A DNA stretch of 64,000 nt, from contig RQSC01000027.1 of NCBI GenBank assembly GCA_013416795.1, positions 590,416-654,415 of the forward strand, given 5' to 3'. Under the pieces are notes generated by a model. The model made no database searches. It was not told the origin of the DNA and saw nothing but the letters and a program-made list of their open reading frames with translations. Of the stretch, positions 49,458 through 61,959 are shown one piece after another. Each line of letters starts with the position of its first letter. The first letter of the stretch is position 1. The DNA is from Prasinococcaceae sp. CCMP 1430 (Eukaryota; Plantae; Prasinodermophyta). Position numbers and translations under genes: made by a program.

Positions 49458-50565
49458 TTAGCGAGCCTCTGGTGTGGGCATGCAAGGTCCAGGAATCTTG
49501 TGCTTGTTCGTAGCACGCTCAGCTCGACTGCTTGCTGCGTTCCTTACCGTCCTCACGCTGCCAAGCACTCGTACCTCAGGTCCAGTATCTAGTCGTTCCA
49601 AGAGATGCAGGAAGGCGTCGGTATCATTGAGGAAACCTGATCGTGAAGTTGGCGCCTCAACTCCCTCTCCTTCAAGATGTCTCCGGGCGTGTCGATGATA
49701 TATCTGCGTTGAATCTACGGTGATAGGGTCCCAGTTTCTACTCCCGGTCTTGGCATGGCGATCAAAGGTGTTGGGTACCAGATTGTGCCGCAGCGGCACG
49801 CCAACCGCGCGCAGGATTCTCAACAGCTCTACGCCCGGCTCTTGCCCCCGTACCATTTGATCGTGCAACGCCACAACATAGGATGCATTCGATGCTCGCA
49901 GGCGCGCCACGTTTGTCATGGTGACACGAGCGAGCACCGATAGTGGGTTCTCAGGAGCTCCATGGCTCCAACCATACGCTGGCTGTAGAGGAGAACGTTT
50001 AGAACATAGGTCCGGTCCCGGTCAGCCACCAGGGCATTCAAAAGCGGCTCGGCAACATATGGGTTGGACTGGGACCCACTTCACTTACCTGCAAGAGCCC
50101 ATCAGGGGTAATCGTATTTTCCCACGGTTTGTTTTGCATTGATTCCCACCAGTGCTCGTAGCGTCTCACAATCAAGACGGTTATCACGCGCGAGTCGAGC
50201 AGCGATTGCTGTACCATACCATGCTTTGGCTGCCTCGCAACTCTTCCGTCCTCATCTCGGAACTCGTGCATGCTCTTCAAAACTGGTAGCACGCCGAGGC
50301 GCACACCGTCATCCCGCGCGCCAGGAGCAACTTCGCTTGCCCCGTTCCGCATCAGCAAGCAGTGGAGCCAGTTGGTGCCACTGTTGTGAAAGCCAAGCAC
50401 AAAGACACTCCCGAGCTCGTCGAACGAGCCCGCGTTCGCCACGCTTGCGCCACCGGCGGAAGGGATTGTACACAGCGACGCAGCTGCGATATGTAGCAGC
50501 GTGAGCGCCAGAGCGGCCGCACGGGCGCGCCGGCCGTCGAGTTTGCTGTGCCACCAAGCCTTCAT
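49458..50565 (-). CDS. Sulfotransferase-like protein with an N-terminal hydrophobic anchor or signal (2 exons)
   Basis: VFVLGFHNSGTNWLHCLL (5'-PSB-like P-loop) and LIVRRYEHWWESM (3'-PB-like); strong GTAAGT donor near 50086. Confidence 0.7.
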
Positions 50566-51062
50566 CGCGCACCTGCGCGCCTGTATGTGCCTTCAAAGCG
50601 CCACCGCCCGCCACTCGCAGAGTGATGTGCCCCGCCGATTCAGGACAGGCGCGAGCACGAGTGCCGCGAGCCGCGGCACCAGGGGGCAGCGCGGGCGGCT
50701 GGCGCGGGGTAGGCTGCCGGCAGTGCCCCAGTCACAGCAGCCCCCAGGCACTCAGCGGTGCTCGTTTTGCTAGGCGCCCGACCTCGCGCGCACCTCGGGA
50801 CAAGCGCACGCGAGTCGTTTTCAGACGATGCGTCCCGCGCGGCAGCCGGTGCACCGCACGCAGTGCCGTAGCTATGGCGCACGCCTGCAGCAGCAGGCAC
50901 ACACGAGTTCTTGACTGCTGCTTGAGCGGGCACTCGCACACCCACAAAGCGCACGCACAAGAGGCGCCGCCGCCGCGGGAGATCCAGCAGTGCTTGCCCC
51001 CGGGGGGCGCTGCGAACTCGTCAGGCGTGGTGAGGTGGGCGAGAGCAGCGTCGCGGCGGTGG

Positions 51063-51208
51063 CGTCGCGCCGCACAAGCAACGCCGCACAAATAGCCCCC
51101 CCCTCGTCGCGTCGCACAAGCAACGCCGCACAAACAGCACCCCCCTCGTCGCGTCGCACAAGCAACGCCGCACAAACAGCCTCGTCGCGCCGCACAAGCA
51201 ACGCCGCA
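51063..51208 (+). repeat. Tandem repeat of about 42 bp, roughly 3.6 copies
   Basis: Units cgtcgcg[c/t]cgcacaagcaacgccgcacaa... start at 51063, 51105, 51147 and 51183. Confidence 0.92.
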
Positions 51209-52172
51209 CGACCCCCCCATTGCTGCGTACAGACGCACACCTCGGTGCCTCGACAGCACGTCCCCACGCGCATGGCAGCACATACCTTTGAACGCGCCTT
51301 TCTTAAACGCTCTCACGAGACCGGAGACACCGAGGAACGAGTACGGTAGCAGCACCGAGCGCCCGGACGCCTCGACCACGAGGGGTAGCCCTGAGCTATC
51401 GGCGTGCGCGGTCCCCTCACCAAGGTGTTTTGTGTGCGTGCTATGGCACCCCTTGCCCTAATTTCACTTTTGCGCGTGTCCGGGTGGCCGCGCATTGACA
51501 AGGTCAAAATCAACGTAAACCACCATCGACGAGGGCGCCCCCTTCCCCCGCGAGGGGCGGAATCGCGCTTAGTTCCATATGGAGATGGGCGAGAGGGCCC
51601 CGAAACGCCCCTCGGCGGCGGCTGGATCGCAGCGAGCTGGATGTAGCCGCCGCCCAAAAATTGCGACACGTCACATTTTGACCCGGACACTAGGGTGTCA
51701 CAATGCCTAAAAGAATTTATTTTGATTTTAGGGGCAATTTCGCTCGATAATTCGCTCGGCGTCGACCAAATTGAGTTCATTTCGATATGCAATCGACGCC
51801 TTTTACGCCTCCGATTTTCGGCGGAAAATGCCGCTGCGCGCCGACCGACGCCTACGTATGGGCTTGGATGGGTTGAAGTTCGGCCGTTTCTTCATAGCTT
51901 CCATAATTTTTGGGCATAAATTCTTGCGTCGGCCGAGAATTTATGCCATTACCCTGTGTGGACGTGACCGTGTATGCCAATGCCGCTCGCGCGGGTAGAT
52001 CGTTCCCGCACCCACACACCGCGTGCAATTTGGCCTTCCGATTCCGATTCCGTGACCTGCACCATCATCTGACGGCCTTACAAACTACACCATCAATTAT
52101 TTTGTCGGTCGCCGCCCGCGTGAGCGCGCGCCGCACGGCCGACCTCGCCCCGCCGAGTGGATAAAAAAGAAG

Positions 52173-54009
52173 ATGAGGCGGGGCGCGACGCGGCGCGGCG
52201 CGTGCGCTCAGCGCGTGGTGCGCCACAGGACTGCGCGCGCGGCGCATGAGGGGTGGGCGGGTAGAGGAACGGCGCCGACGACAGGTCCAGGCGGTCGAAA
52301 TCGTCCTGCGAGGACGCGGCGCGTGATGCGGTGGTGGTCGGCGGGGGGCCCGCGGGGCTTGCCGCGGCGCTCATGCTGCGCCAGCGCGGCTTCGCGCCCG
52401 TGCATGTCTTTGAGCGCCTCCCACCGCCCCCAGCGCCACGAGACGAGGTCTACTCGGAGCAGCCGGAACGAAGTTACAATCTCGGCCTGGGCGCTCGCGG
52501 GCAGAAGGCACTCGCCGCGCTGGGCGCTGCCGATGCGGTGGACGCATTCTGCGCGCGAGTGGTCGGGCGGCAGGATTGGGACGCGCAGGGAAACTCCACC
52601 GTCAAACTGCAGACCGCTGAAAAGGGCTACACGACGAAGGTACGGCACGGCGCGCGCTCGCACTTCGGCGCCAGGCGCCGCCCGGCCGCGCCGTCCACAC
52701 GGCGTCGCTGACTCCCTGCACCCAATGACGCGACCTGCATCACGGCCACGCAGTGCATCCAACGCGACAGGCTTGCGGCAGTGCTGAGGGATGTGTGTGA
52801 GGCCGACGAGCACATAACGGTGCGATACGGCATGCACGCCCAAGTCGAGTGGCCAGCGGGTAGCGCGGCGGAGGCGGCGCGCTCTGGTGGGACGCGCGTG
52901 ACGCTGGCGCCGACGGAGTGCGCGGCCTCTGCTGGCAGCCACGACGAGAGTGAAGGCGAAGGGGCGCAGGGCGCGACCGAGGTATTCGAGCCCTTCCTGC
53001 TGGTTGGTGCTGACGGAGTCGGTAGCGCAGTGCGCGACGCGATGGAGCGCGAGGGCGTGGTGAAGCACACACGCTTCGAGGACACCAACGTTCGGCGATA
53101 CAAGACCATCCCGCTCCACCCGGACCTGGCTTCGGATCCTTCGCAATGGCGAAAGGACCTGAACCTGAGCGCGCGCTCGCGCGGAGGTGGCGGGAAGGAT
53201 CAGATCGTGCTTGAGGTACTGCCGACTGCCGAGGGCGTAGGCGTTGGCGTCGCGCTGTTCAAGCCGGGCAACACCGCCATCGCGGACGCCGACACCGCTG
53301 ACGGCGCGGAGGCGCTCTTCAATGAGCACTTTCCTCAATTCAAGGAGGTAATTCCCCCGGGAGCGTACGCGAGATTTGCGGCGCAACCCGAGCAGAAGCT
53401 CCCCACGTTCTCCTACGTAGCGCCAAGACTGCACGCGCGAGGCACGGTGCTCGTGGGAGACTCAATAAAGTACGCGTGTGCGCCCCCGCGCGCGTGTGCA
53501 TGACGTGCAGCTTGAGGAGCGCTGACGGCGACGCGCCCGATGCGCGCACTGTCAGGTCGGTGAAGCCGTACTTTGGCATGGGCGTGAACAGCGCGCTGCA
53601 GGACGTCACCATTCTTGGCGAGTGCCTGAGCGCTGCCGACGGGGACAGGGACGAGGAAGCGCTCAACGGCGCGCTCGCGGCGTACTCTGCGCGCCACGCG
53701 CGGGATGCTAAGGCACTTGTGACGATGAGCAAGAGCTTTGACGGAGGTTTTGCCACCTTCGTACTTCCCATCATACTCGATTCAATCTTCAACAAGGCCA
53801 TGCCTTCGCTCTTCGCCCCCAATGGCATCAGGATGCTGCAGGACGATTCAAGAACCTTCTCGCAGGCGGCGGCGATCAAGCGCCGTGATCGGGTGCTCCA
53901 GGTGGCCATCCTGGCCACCGTGCTCGCGTGTGCGTGCAGGGCGTTGTGGTGGGCGGGCTGCTCGCTCGCGAGCCTGGTTCTGCCTCGGCTGCTCGGTGTC
54001 ACAGGATGA
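52173..54009 (+). CDS. FAD-dependent monooxygenase, kynurenine 3-monooxygenase-like (3 exons)
   Basis: VVVGGGPAGLAAA (FAD binding), ERSYNLGLGARG, LLVGADGVGSAVR, VLVGDSI...KPYFGMGVNSALQD. Confidence 0.85.
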
Positions 54010-54184
54010 TGGATCAATCCTCTCCGCACCTTCGTTCGTCGTATGGACGCGTGCACGCCATTGCTGCAGCGTGGACACGAGGGACTCGCGTCAAGCGTGC
54101 TACTTTTTCTTTAAATGCTGGGATCCAAAGTTCAACACATGAAAACATGAATCGGTACTTGTACGGGAGGAGCGACACCGCGCG

Positions 54185-57100
54185 TCACTCCACCATGTTG
54201 GAGATCGGTGCGCGATCCATCGCATCTGCCGCGCCGCGTGCCTTCTGCACGATTTCCTTCGGTATGAACGGCAGGCTAGGCAGCTGCAGCAGCAGCTCGC
54301 GCACGCGGCGCAACACGCGAGCGAGGTCACCCTCGTCGAGCCCACCGCACGCCGACATGAGCTCCTTGAACTCAACGCCTGCGGCCCACGCCTCCACCGC
54401 GCCGACCATGCGCAGGTCAATCTCCGTCGCAGAGGTCACACCCTGGGCGCCCTGCGCCTCCTGAAGGGCCTCCAGCGTCGGCTCGAACGCCTCGAGCGCC
54501 AGCAAAACCTCTTCCGAAGGCGGCAGATTGCTCGATGCCATGCGCCCTCCGATGCTATCGGCTGTCACCAGTGCTGCTGCAAAGCCCGCGAAAGCGCCCT
54601 CCGTGAGGTGGTCTGCGGGGGCCTCGCGATCGGTGCCGGGTGCCAGCGCCAGCGCGAGCAGCAGGCCATTCGCACCCCGCAGGCGCGCGGCATTCTCGCC
54701 CAGCGGCGACAGCCGCCAGTTCTCCTGCCCTGGTTCGGCCATCGCATCCGGCCCTTCCTCCTCCTCCAGCACCTGCCTTGACAGCCCGCCCATGCTCTCA
54801 AGCACCTCGACTAAGAGCGTCGATTCGGGCACGCGGTGTGAGACGAGCGCAGCAAAGGCGAGCGAGCGGCACCGACATCACACGCGCGCGCGGGAGCGTT
54901 TGCAACGTGCGTCAGAGGGCGCATGCATGCCTAGACCCACGCGCGTGATTGGAAGGGCAACGCGATGCGCAGCGCACTCACCGTGCGCCATGAACTCTGC
55001 CCAACCCGCGGCGCCGTACGATGCCACGCGCTCTCGGAGCTCAGGCAAACGCCGCTCGAGCTCGCGCGCCTCGCGGAGCGCCTCAGATGCAGCCGCAGCA
55101 CCTGCACGCAGTGCGGGCGTGGCGCCCTCAAGCGACGCCAATTCGTCGCGGGTGGCGGCCACGCGCTCGAGCTGGTCAGCGACCGCTCGTGCCAGCTCCG
55201 CGTTGGCGCCAGAAGTCCCCGCAGCGCCCGCGCTCTCGTCGAGCGCGTCGCCTTCGAGCGCCTCCGCCACGCCTTCCAGTGCTCCAGCCGCCGTGTCGGT
55301 CTCATTTTCGCACCGCCAGCACGGCGCCCCCGCCAGCGCGCCCTCGACTGGCTCCCATGAGAACGAGAGCTCGCCGGGGCAGGACGCGCGCAACAAGCCC
55401 GCTCGCCTGAAGTCGCCGGCCGCCTCACCAACACCGACGCCGTCACCGCTGTCTTCGCCGGGCGACTCAATGCCAGCGTCTGCGACGCTCGAGGGGCTCC
55501 CGGGGGCGAATTGTACCAATGCCGTAATACGCTCGGCGCCCACGTCGTACCACGCTCCGTCCACGCCCAGGCACGCAGCACGCGCGCCGGTGGCGCCGCT
55601 CACACCACCGCTCGCGCGGGCGAGCAGCGCCGGCAACTGGTCGACATAGCCGCCGTCGGCCCCGTCAACCTGGAGGCCGCTAAGGTCGAGCATGACAGCC
55701 GCGCCACCGGAGGCGTACGCCGCCAGCACGGCATCCGCGCGCGCACCAGCGGTGGCTTCGGCCTGCTGTGCGCGCAGCAAGGCAGCCGCTCGCTCCTCCT
55801 GCTGCAGCCGACCGCACGCGGCGGCATGCTTGCTCCAAATATGCTCGCCCACTGCCTCGGGCGCAGCCTGCGCGCGCCGGCGCGCTGCGCGCAGCGCTGC
55901 CTCGCACTCGTCGAGAGCAAGGACTGCCCTGCGGCGTCCCTCGCCGCCGAGGTAGTTGCCGAACGAGCGCTCGAGCAATGCACGCGCGCGCTTCGGCGGC
56001 AGACGCCGCAGCAGGCTCAGGACCATCCCATACGACACTGCGAATTGAGAGCTCATCGCCTCGGGTCCATCCTTGAGCACCCCGATCGCGGCGTCAGCTC
56101 CCTCGAAGGGGCTCTGACGCACCACGACATGGCCCATCGTGTCCTTGCCGCGTCGCCCCGCGCGCCCAGCCATCTGCAGCAAGGCGTTGCCTCCTAGCGT
56201 GGCATGCGTGCGCGCGCCCGTGCGCTTGCTCATGGTGTGCAGCACGGCGGTGCGCGCGGGCATGTTGAGGCCGGCCGCCAGCGTCTCCGTGGAGAACACC
56301 ACCTTCAGTCGTCCAGCGATGAATTGCTCTTCAACGAAGCGCTTCCAGGACGGGAGCATGCCCGCGTGGTGAGCTGCCACGCCGTTAAGAAGAGGGCCCC
56401 GTGCGCCCGCGCGCACGGCGCCTGGGTGCTCTGCATCAAACGCCTCGAGCGCGCGCTCGAGCGCCGCACGCTCGCCTGCATCCACCATCGGCTCCTCGCA
56501 CGCGACGGCCGCGGCCTTCTCACAGCCGAAGCGGCTGAAGATGAACCACACCGCCGGCAGCATATCGCGCGCGCGCAGTTGGCGTAGTGTCGCACCCACG
56601 GATGGCACGAGATCCTCCTCATCCTCGGGCGGATCGGCCGCGTGCGCGGCCATGAGCTGCTTCACCTGTGGGCTTGCTGCAGACGTCGAGCGGTACTCGA
56701 GGAGGGGGAGCAGACCGTCACCGGAGGGGAGCTCAACTGCCGACCTTTGTTTGCCGCGGCCTGGTTTCCTACTGCCTGCGCCGCCACCGCGCCCCGAGAA
56801 GCGCCCGCCGCCGCCCATGCCCCGCGTGTCGCTTCCGCCCGCGGCGCGCCGCGCCGCCTTCTTTTGCGCGGCGCGCAGGCTGCCCGGGCTGCGCGTCGAG
56901 AAGTGCCAGCGCAGCGGCACGGGTCGCCAGTCGGTAGTCACGAGCGACGTTGGGCCATGCACGCTGCGCATCCATTCGACGAGCTCGTGCGGGTTGCTCA
57001 CAGTAGCGGACAGGCACACGAGCTGGACGTGGTCGGGGAGGTAGATAATTGTCTCCTCCCACGCTGTGCCGCGGTCGGCGTCCGAGATGTAGTGCACCTC

Positions 57101-57906
57101 ATCCATGACCACGAAAGCGACATCGGCGAGGCGCGAGCGCTTCCCACTTTCCCGCGCGGCAGCGGGCGATGCACTGCGGCCGGATCTTGCGCTCGCGCCA
57201 GCGCTACTGTACAGCTCGTCGACGTCGTCGGGCATCGCCGCGAGTGCATCCGAGGCTTCAGCGCCCTCCGCACCCTCCTGCCCGGCGTCGCCCTTGCCTG
57301 CGTCGACCAATTCGCTGTACAGGATGTTCCTGAGGATCTCGGTGGTCATGACCACCACCGGGGCGTCCGGATTGATGGAGGCGTCGCCGGTCATGAGGCC
57401 AACATTGGCGTCGCCGAAGAGCTCGCGCAGGTCGGAGAGCTTTTGGTTCGAGAGCGCCTTGAGCGGCGTGGTGTACAGCAAGCGCTTCCCCGCGGCGAGC
57501 GCGGCGACGGCGGTGCCCTCCGCAATCATAGTCTTTCCACAGCCAGTGGGCGCAGACACGACCACCGATGCGCGCTCATCCCCCGTCACAGCCTCGAAAG
57601 CCTCGCGCTGGAAGGCGTCGGGCGCGTACGGGAAGACGGCGCACAGCTCGGCAGCTGTCGTCGCACCGCCGGCGCGTGCGCGGAGCACGTCGGCGGCGGC
57701 GGCCAGTGGGGCGTCAGATGCTGCCTGCGCCATCTCGATCTCTTCGTCCACCACGCGCTCCTCCGCCGCCGGTGCGCCATGGGCGGCAGCTGCCGCGAGC
57801 GGCGGACGCCGACGCGCCAGCGCTTGGCGCGCGCTCGGTGCGCGCAGCAGCGGCGCGGCGCGTGGCGCCCGGTCGCGCGCAGCCACCACGCGTGCCCGGT
57901 GCACCA
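54185..57906 (-). CDS. Ski2-family DExH RNA helicase, ISE2-like (plastid-targeted)
   Basis: SAPTGCGKT, TTPLKALSNQK, MTTEILRN, DEVH, LSATV, HHAGM, STETLAAGLNMPART, QMAGRAGRRG, and a DSHCT-like C-terminus LDEGDLARVLRR. Ala/Arg-rich N-terminal presequence. Confidence 0.9.
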
Positions 57907-58176
57907 TGGCACACCCCCTGCTACAAACGCCCGAACCCCCTCTCCTACGCCCGCCCTCTTCCCTCTCCTTGCATGCACGCGCCGCGCGCGCTGTGTGGCC
58001 GCGTCCGCTCGGGCGCGCGCGCGCCTCGGATCTCTCCAAATCCGTTGCATGCACGGGCGCCGGCGGCACTCGTCGCGCTGTGCGCGCGCGCGCTTCGCTG
58101 AGCCAGGCGCACAACACATCCGGGCAAGTGCGCACGGAGGACTCTACAGGGAAGGAGGGGCCTGCTGTCGCCCGCG

Positions 58177-59410
58177 ATGGCCGACGTTGGAGTCGGCGGC
58201 CTCCGGCTGGCGACGGTGCGCACCGCGAGCGGCACGGCCGCGCGCGCGGCTGTCATCGACGCCCGGGCGCCGCGCACCAGCTCGGCAGTGGCGCACCCGC
58301 TGCCGTTTGCCGACGGCGCGGACGCGCTGCGTGCTTGGGCGGCGGCCGATGCCGAGCGCGCAGCGCGCGGCGATGCGCGCATGCCACCATCCCGGATGCT
58401 TCAGGAGGCACTGGATGGCTGCGACCCGGCGGGCGCCCTGCCACTCGCTGACGTGGAGCTCTTGCCGCCTGTGGCATCGTCGAGAAATGCCTTCGCCATC
58501 GGGCTCAACTACGGAGAGCATGGTGCGCGCGAGAGCGCCATGCGGTCGGCAGAGCCTCACGCGATGGAACGCACGGAGCGGCGCGTGCCTCTGACGATCG
58601 CTGACATCCCTGCGCGACTGCCCTGCCTCGCAGTCACCGAGGTGAAGGAGCGCTTCCAGGGCGACATCGTGCGCCGCGAGCGCCCCTCGCACCCCGTCGT
58701 CTTTACCAAGGCACAGACGGCGGCCGTCGGCGCGGGGGCTCCCATCGAGCTGCCTCCGCCGGCTGTCTCGTCCGAGGTCGACTACGAGGGCGAGCTCGGC
58801 GTTGTGCTGCTCAGGGGCGGGAAGGCGATTGAGAAAGAGCACGCGCTCGAGCACGTCTTCGGGTACTCTGTCATCAATGACGTCACCGCGCGCGACATGC
58901 AGCGCAACCACCAGCAGTGGCATCTCGGAAAGTCGTGCGACACATTCATGCCCCACGGACCGTGCGTACCGGCGCGAGTGGTCTAGCGGAGTGGGCGTGA
59001 CATAGGCCGCTGACATGCTGCGCGCCTCACGCGCGCGCGGGGCTCGACGCGCCCGACCCCAGCCAATGAAGCGCTGACCCGCAGCGCTGCGCGCGCACGG
59101 CGGCGCCTGGGCTGCCTCGCGCAGGTGGGTGGTGCCCCGTGACGAGGTGGATCTGGCGGCGTGCCGCGTGCGCACGCATGTGAACGGCGAGCCGCGGCAG
59201 GACGGTGCGAACACGGATATGCTCTTCAGCGTCCCCGAGCTGATCGCAACGCTCTCGTTGGGCATGACGTTGGTCCCCGCGGATGTGATCGCCACCGGCA
59301 CTCCAAAGGGAGTGGGCTCGGGGTTCGACCCACCACGATTTCTCAAGAAGGGCGACCGCGTCACGATAACCGTCGACGGTGTCGGGAAGCTCGAGAACCC
59401 CGTGGTGTGA
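58177..59410 (+). CDS. Fumarylacetoacetate hydrolase family protein (FAHD2-like; 3 exons)
   Basis: AIGLNY, PVVFTK, DYEGELGVV, GYSVINDVTARD, GKSCDTFMPHGP, DVIATGTPKGVG, GVGKLENPV. Confidence 0.92.
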
Positions 59411-59523
59411 GCGCGCGCGCGGCGGCGCACACCTGTAATCAATGCTGTGTACAATACGCCGCCGCTCGCACGTGCACGCGAGCGCGCATCGCCCCGTCGC
59501 ATCTGCACTTCCATTGCCATCGC

Positions 59524-60297
59524 TCAGAAGAAGTCGTCCTCATCGTCGCCGCCCGCAAAGTACATGTCAGCCATGGCGTCCTCGTCCTCGTCCGGAGGGG
59601 CGCGGCCCTCGATGTCGTCGGGCGCTGGTGGCTCAAAGTCATCGCCATCGATGTCATCTGGCGGCGGCGGGCCTGCGTCGAGCGCATCGCCCGCCTGTGC
59701 CAGTGGCTGCGTTTGGTGACGCTGCTCGCCCTGCTGCTGCTGCACGTCGTCGCCGCCGAGCTGTCCCACCCCGTCCGCGGCTGCGGCTGCTTCCTCCTCC
59801 CCTGCGCGCTTGGGGCCGAGACCCTTCGCTGCGAGTTCGTCGTTGCGCGCAGCCGAAAGGAAGTTGTGCACCTTCTTCTTCGCGCCTATGTGTGCCACCC
59901 TCTCCACGAATTGGGCGTACGGCAGCTGCGGGTAGAAGCGTGCGTGCCACGCCTGGTAGAAGCCTAGGATGCGCTCGAGGTCGATGGCCTCGCAACGCTT
60001 GCGCTTGTGGCTCTGGAGCTGGCCCAGCACAGACGGCGCGCGCTTGTACACGTCCAACACGCCCCTCTCGCCGCACAGCAGGATCTCGTTCAGAGGCGGG
60101 CGCCGCTTGACGATGCGCTTCGGCTTCGCGTCGGCCGCGAGGTCCGCGGCGGCCTCGGCCATCTGGCTGCCCGCGGCCGCGGCCGCGCCGACGGCGTCGA
60201 AGCCGTCTCCGATGGCGGCCGCCGCGTCGGCGCCGGCGGTGTCCCCCCGCGTCAGCTCCAGCATCGCCTGCTCGAAAGAGGCCATTTCCTGCGCCAT
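59524..60297 (-). CDS. TIPIN: TIPIN/Swi3/Csm3 replication-fork protection protein
   Basis: RPPLNEILLCGERGV...EAIDLERILGFYQAWHARFYPQLPYAQFVERVAHIG matches the recalled Swi3 domain; acidic tail. Confidence 0.85.
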   Translation of the reverse strand: MAQEMASFEQAMLELTRGDTAGADAAAAIGDGFDAVGAAAAAGSQMAEAAADLAADAKPKRIVKRRPPLNEILLCGERGVLDVYKRAPSVLGQLQSHKRKRCEAIDLERILGFYQAWHARFYPQLPYAQFVERVAHIGAKKKVHNFLSAARNDELAAKGLGPKRAGEEEAAAAADGVGQLGGDDVQQQQGEQRHQTQPLAQAGDALDAGPPPPDDIDGDDFEPPAPDDIEGRAPPDEDEDAMADMYFAGGDDEDDFF

Positions 60298-60602
60298 CGC
60301 GCCGCGCGTCGCGCCCGCGCCCAGCACGGCGAGCCCCGCCCCTTACTTCCCCTCCTTGACACCCCGCGCGCCTGCTCGCGCGCTCTGTGGCGCCGCGCCG
60401 CGCGGGAGGGGGGGAGGGAGGGGGGAGAGGTGGGTGGGGCTGGGGGCTTGCCCGCGCGCGCGAATTTCGCGTTCGAAAACGGCGCGGCGCCACATTTTTT
60501 TGTTTGTTTGTGTTTGCTCCCCCTATAACTCTCCCTCTCTCCCAAACCTCCCCTGGAAGCACTGCTGCAAGTCTCGAGGTTTGAGGTTGCGGAAGGGGTG
60601 CA

Positions 60603-61028
60603 TTGGGTTTGAGGGTTTGCAGGCTGTCGCCGGAGCGTGTGGCGGACGACCGCGAGCTGCTCGCGGAGCGCGCGCTCGCCGCGGCGGGCGAGGACCTCAG
60701 CGCTGTTGGAAGACATGAGAGGGCGTACGCCGCCAAAGAAGCGCGGCTGCGCGGCGCCATACGTCAGCATCTCGACAAGGTGCGCGCGGTGGAAGCTGAG
60801 CTCACCACGTTGCGCCAGGAGATGACGCTCACGTCGCGCCCGAAGAAGGCCGCCATCGAGCACATGCGCTACAAGATCGAGGAGGCATCCGAGAGGTGCA
60901 AGCGCGCCAAGGCGAGGCACGAGGCGGCCGTCGCCCAAGAGGCCGCCGCGGCGGCGGCTGTCAAGCACGCGGAGGAGGAAAAGGTGCGCGACCGCTCACG
61001 CCGCGGGGCGCACACCCCTACGCACGTG

Positions 61029-61066
<38 letters not shown>

Positions 61067-61618
61067 AACGCGTGGGCGTGTGGCACACGCGACGCGCCGC
61101 TGACACTCGAGGCGCCCACCGGCGGCCTCGTGCACAAACAGGACCGCCTGGCGAGGGATTTGGTGATGCTTGTCCAGCAGGACACCGACAAGGCATTCAG
61201 GCGAATGGAGCAGCTCACCACCCAGCTGGATGCGCTCATGAACACGACGCCGATGGCTGCGATGGAAGCGCAGGACCAGCTTGCGACAGGCGGGGAGGCG
61301 CCCGGCGCCGGTGAGGACGGGTCTGGAGAGCAGCAGCAACAATTCGAGCAGCAAGAAACGCGGCAAGAGGCAGAGCCGCAACCGGAGCAAACGCAGGAGC
61401 CGGCGCGCGCCGAAGCCGCGGAGCGCCAACGAGCACAGGAGGCGGCCTCGCGAGAGGCCGCCGCAAAGGCCAAACGCGCGGCGGCGGCCAAGGCGGCACG
61501 CGCGGCGCACGTGAGTCCGATGGCCGGGCGTGCGAGGGGGCGCGCGCGGCCCGCGGGTGGCGTACCGCCGGCGAAGGTGCGGCTGGACACAGGTGCCGGG
61601 TTCACGGGCTTCGACTGA
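60603..61618 (+). CDS. RAB6-interacting golgin / DUF662-like coiled-coil protein; start uncertain
   Basis: IRQHLDKVRAVEAELTTLRQEM...PKKAAIEHMRYKIE...EEEK|DRLARDLVMLVQQ...RRMEQL. Intron 60984-61142 contains (GA)n. Confidence 0.65.
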
Positions 61619-61959
61619 GCCCCCAAGGCCCCCCCTCGGTCGGGGACGCGCGCTCGCCGCGTCCGCGCAGTGGCACGCCGCTGAGTGTATAATCCCAAGC
61701 TTATATTTGTTCTTCTGTGGTGTCTCTATACGAAGTAGTCACTGCGTGTCGCTCGGTTAATAGGGTGGGCGCGTCGTTCTCGCCTCATTATTTGTGTACA
61801 TCTGCTTGGATGAGCTCGCGCTCCTAGTAGTGTCTCACGCACGCTCTGCGTCACCTCTTCAATGGCGTGCTGTCTCACGTACTTCACGCGCGCGCCTTGG
61901 GTGCGTCAGTGTTTGCTTCATCGAGGCCGACATCGTCCGCCATCCGCGGCCGCGCCTGC

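Larger units (their letters stand above)
49264..51693. mobile_element. Putative non-autonomous DNA transposon bounded by 66-bp terminal inverted repeats (49264-49329 / 51628-51693)
   Basis: 62 of 66 positions match between the left arm and the reverse complement of the right arm. No transposase inside and no clear target-site duplication. Confidence 0.6.

Noticed and set aside
51063-51208. Repeat array considered as CRISPR
   Set aside because: Units are contiguous with no unique spacers, there are no cas genes, and the context is eukaryotic.
51688-51700. CACTA-superfamily terminus
   Set aside because: CACTA/TAGTG face the wrong way relative to the paired repeats and no 3-bp target-site duplication is seen.
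58522-58633. Apparent insertion in the FAH-family protein
   Set aside because: Explained by an in-frame GT-AG intron (YGEH|VTEVKERF).
60455-60480. E2F-like TTTCGCG sites upstream of TIPIN (and near RAD9)
   Set aside because: Such motifs occur often by chance in this CG-rich sequence; not supportable without enrichment statistics.
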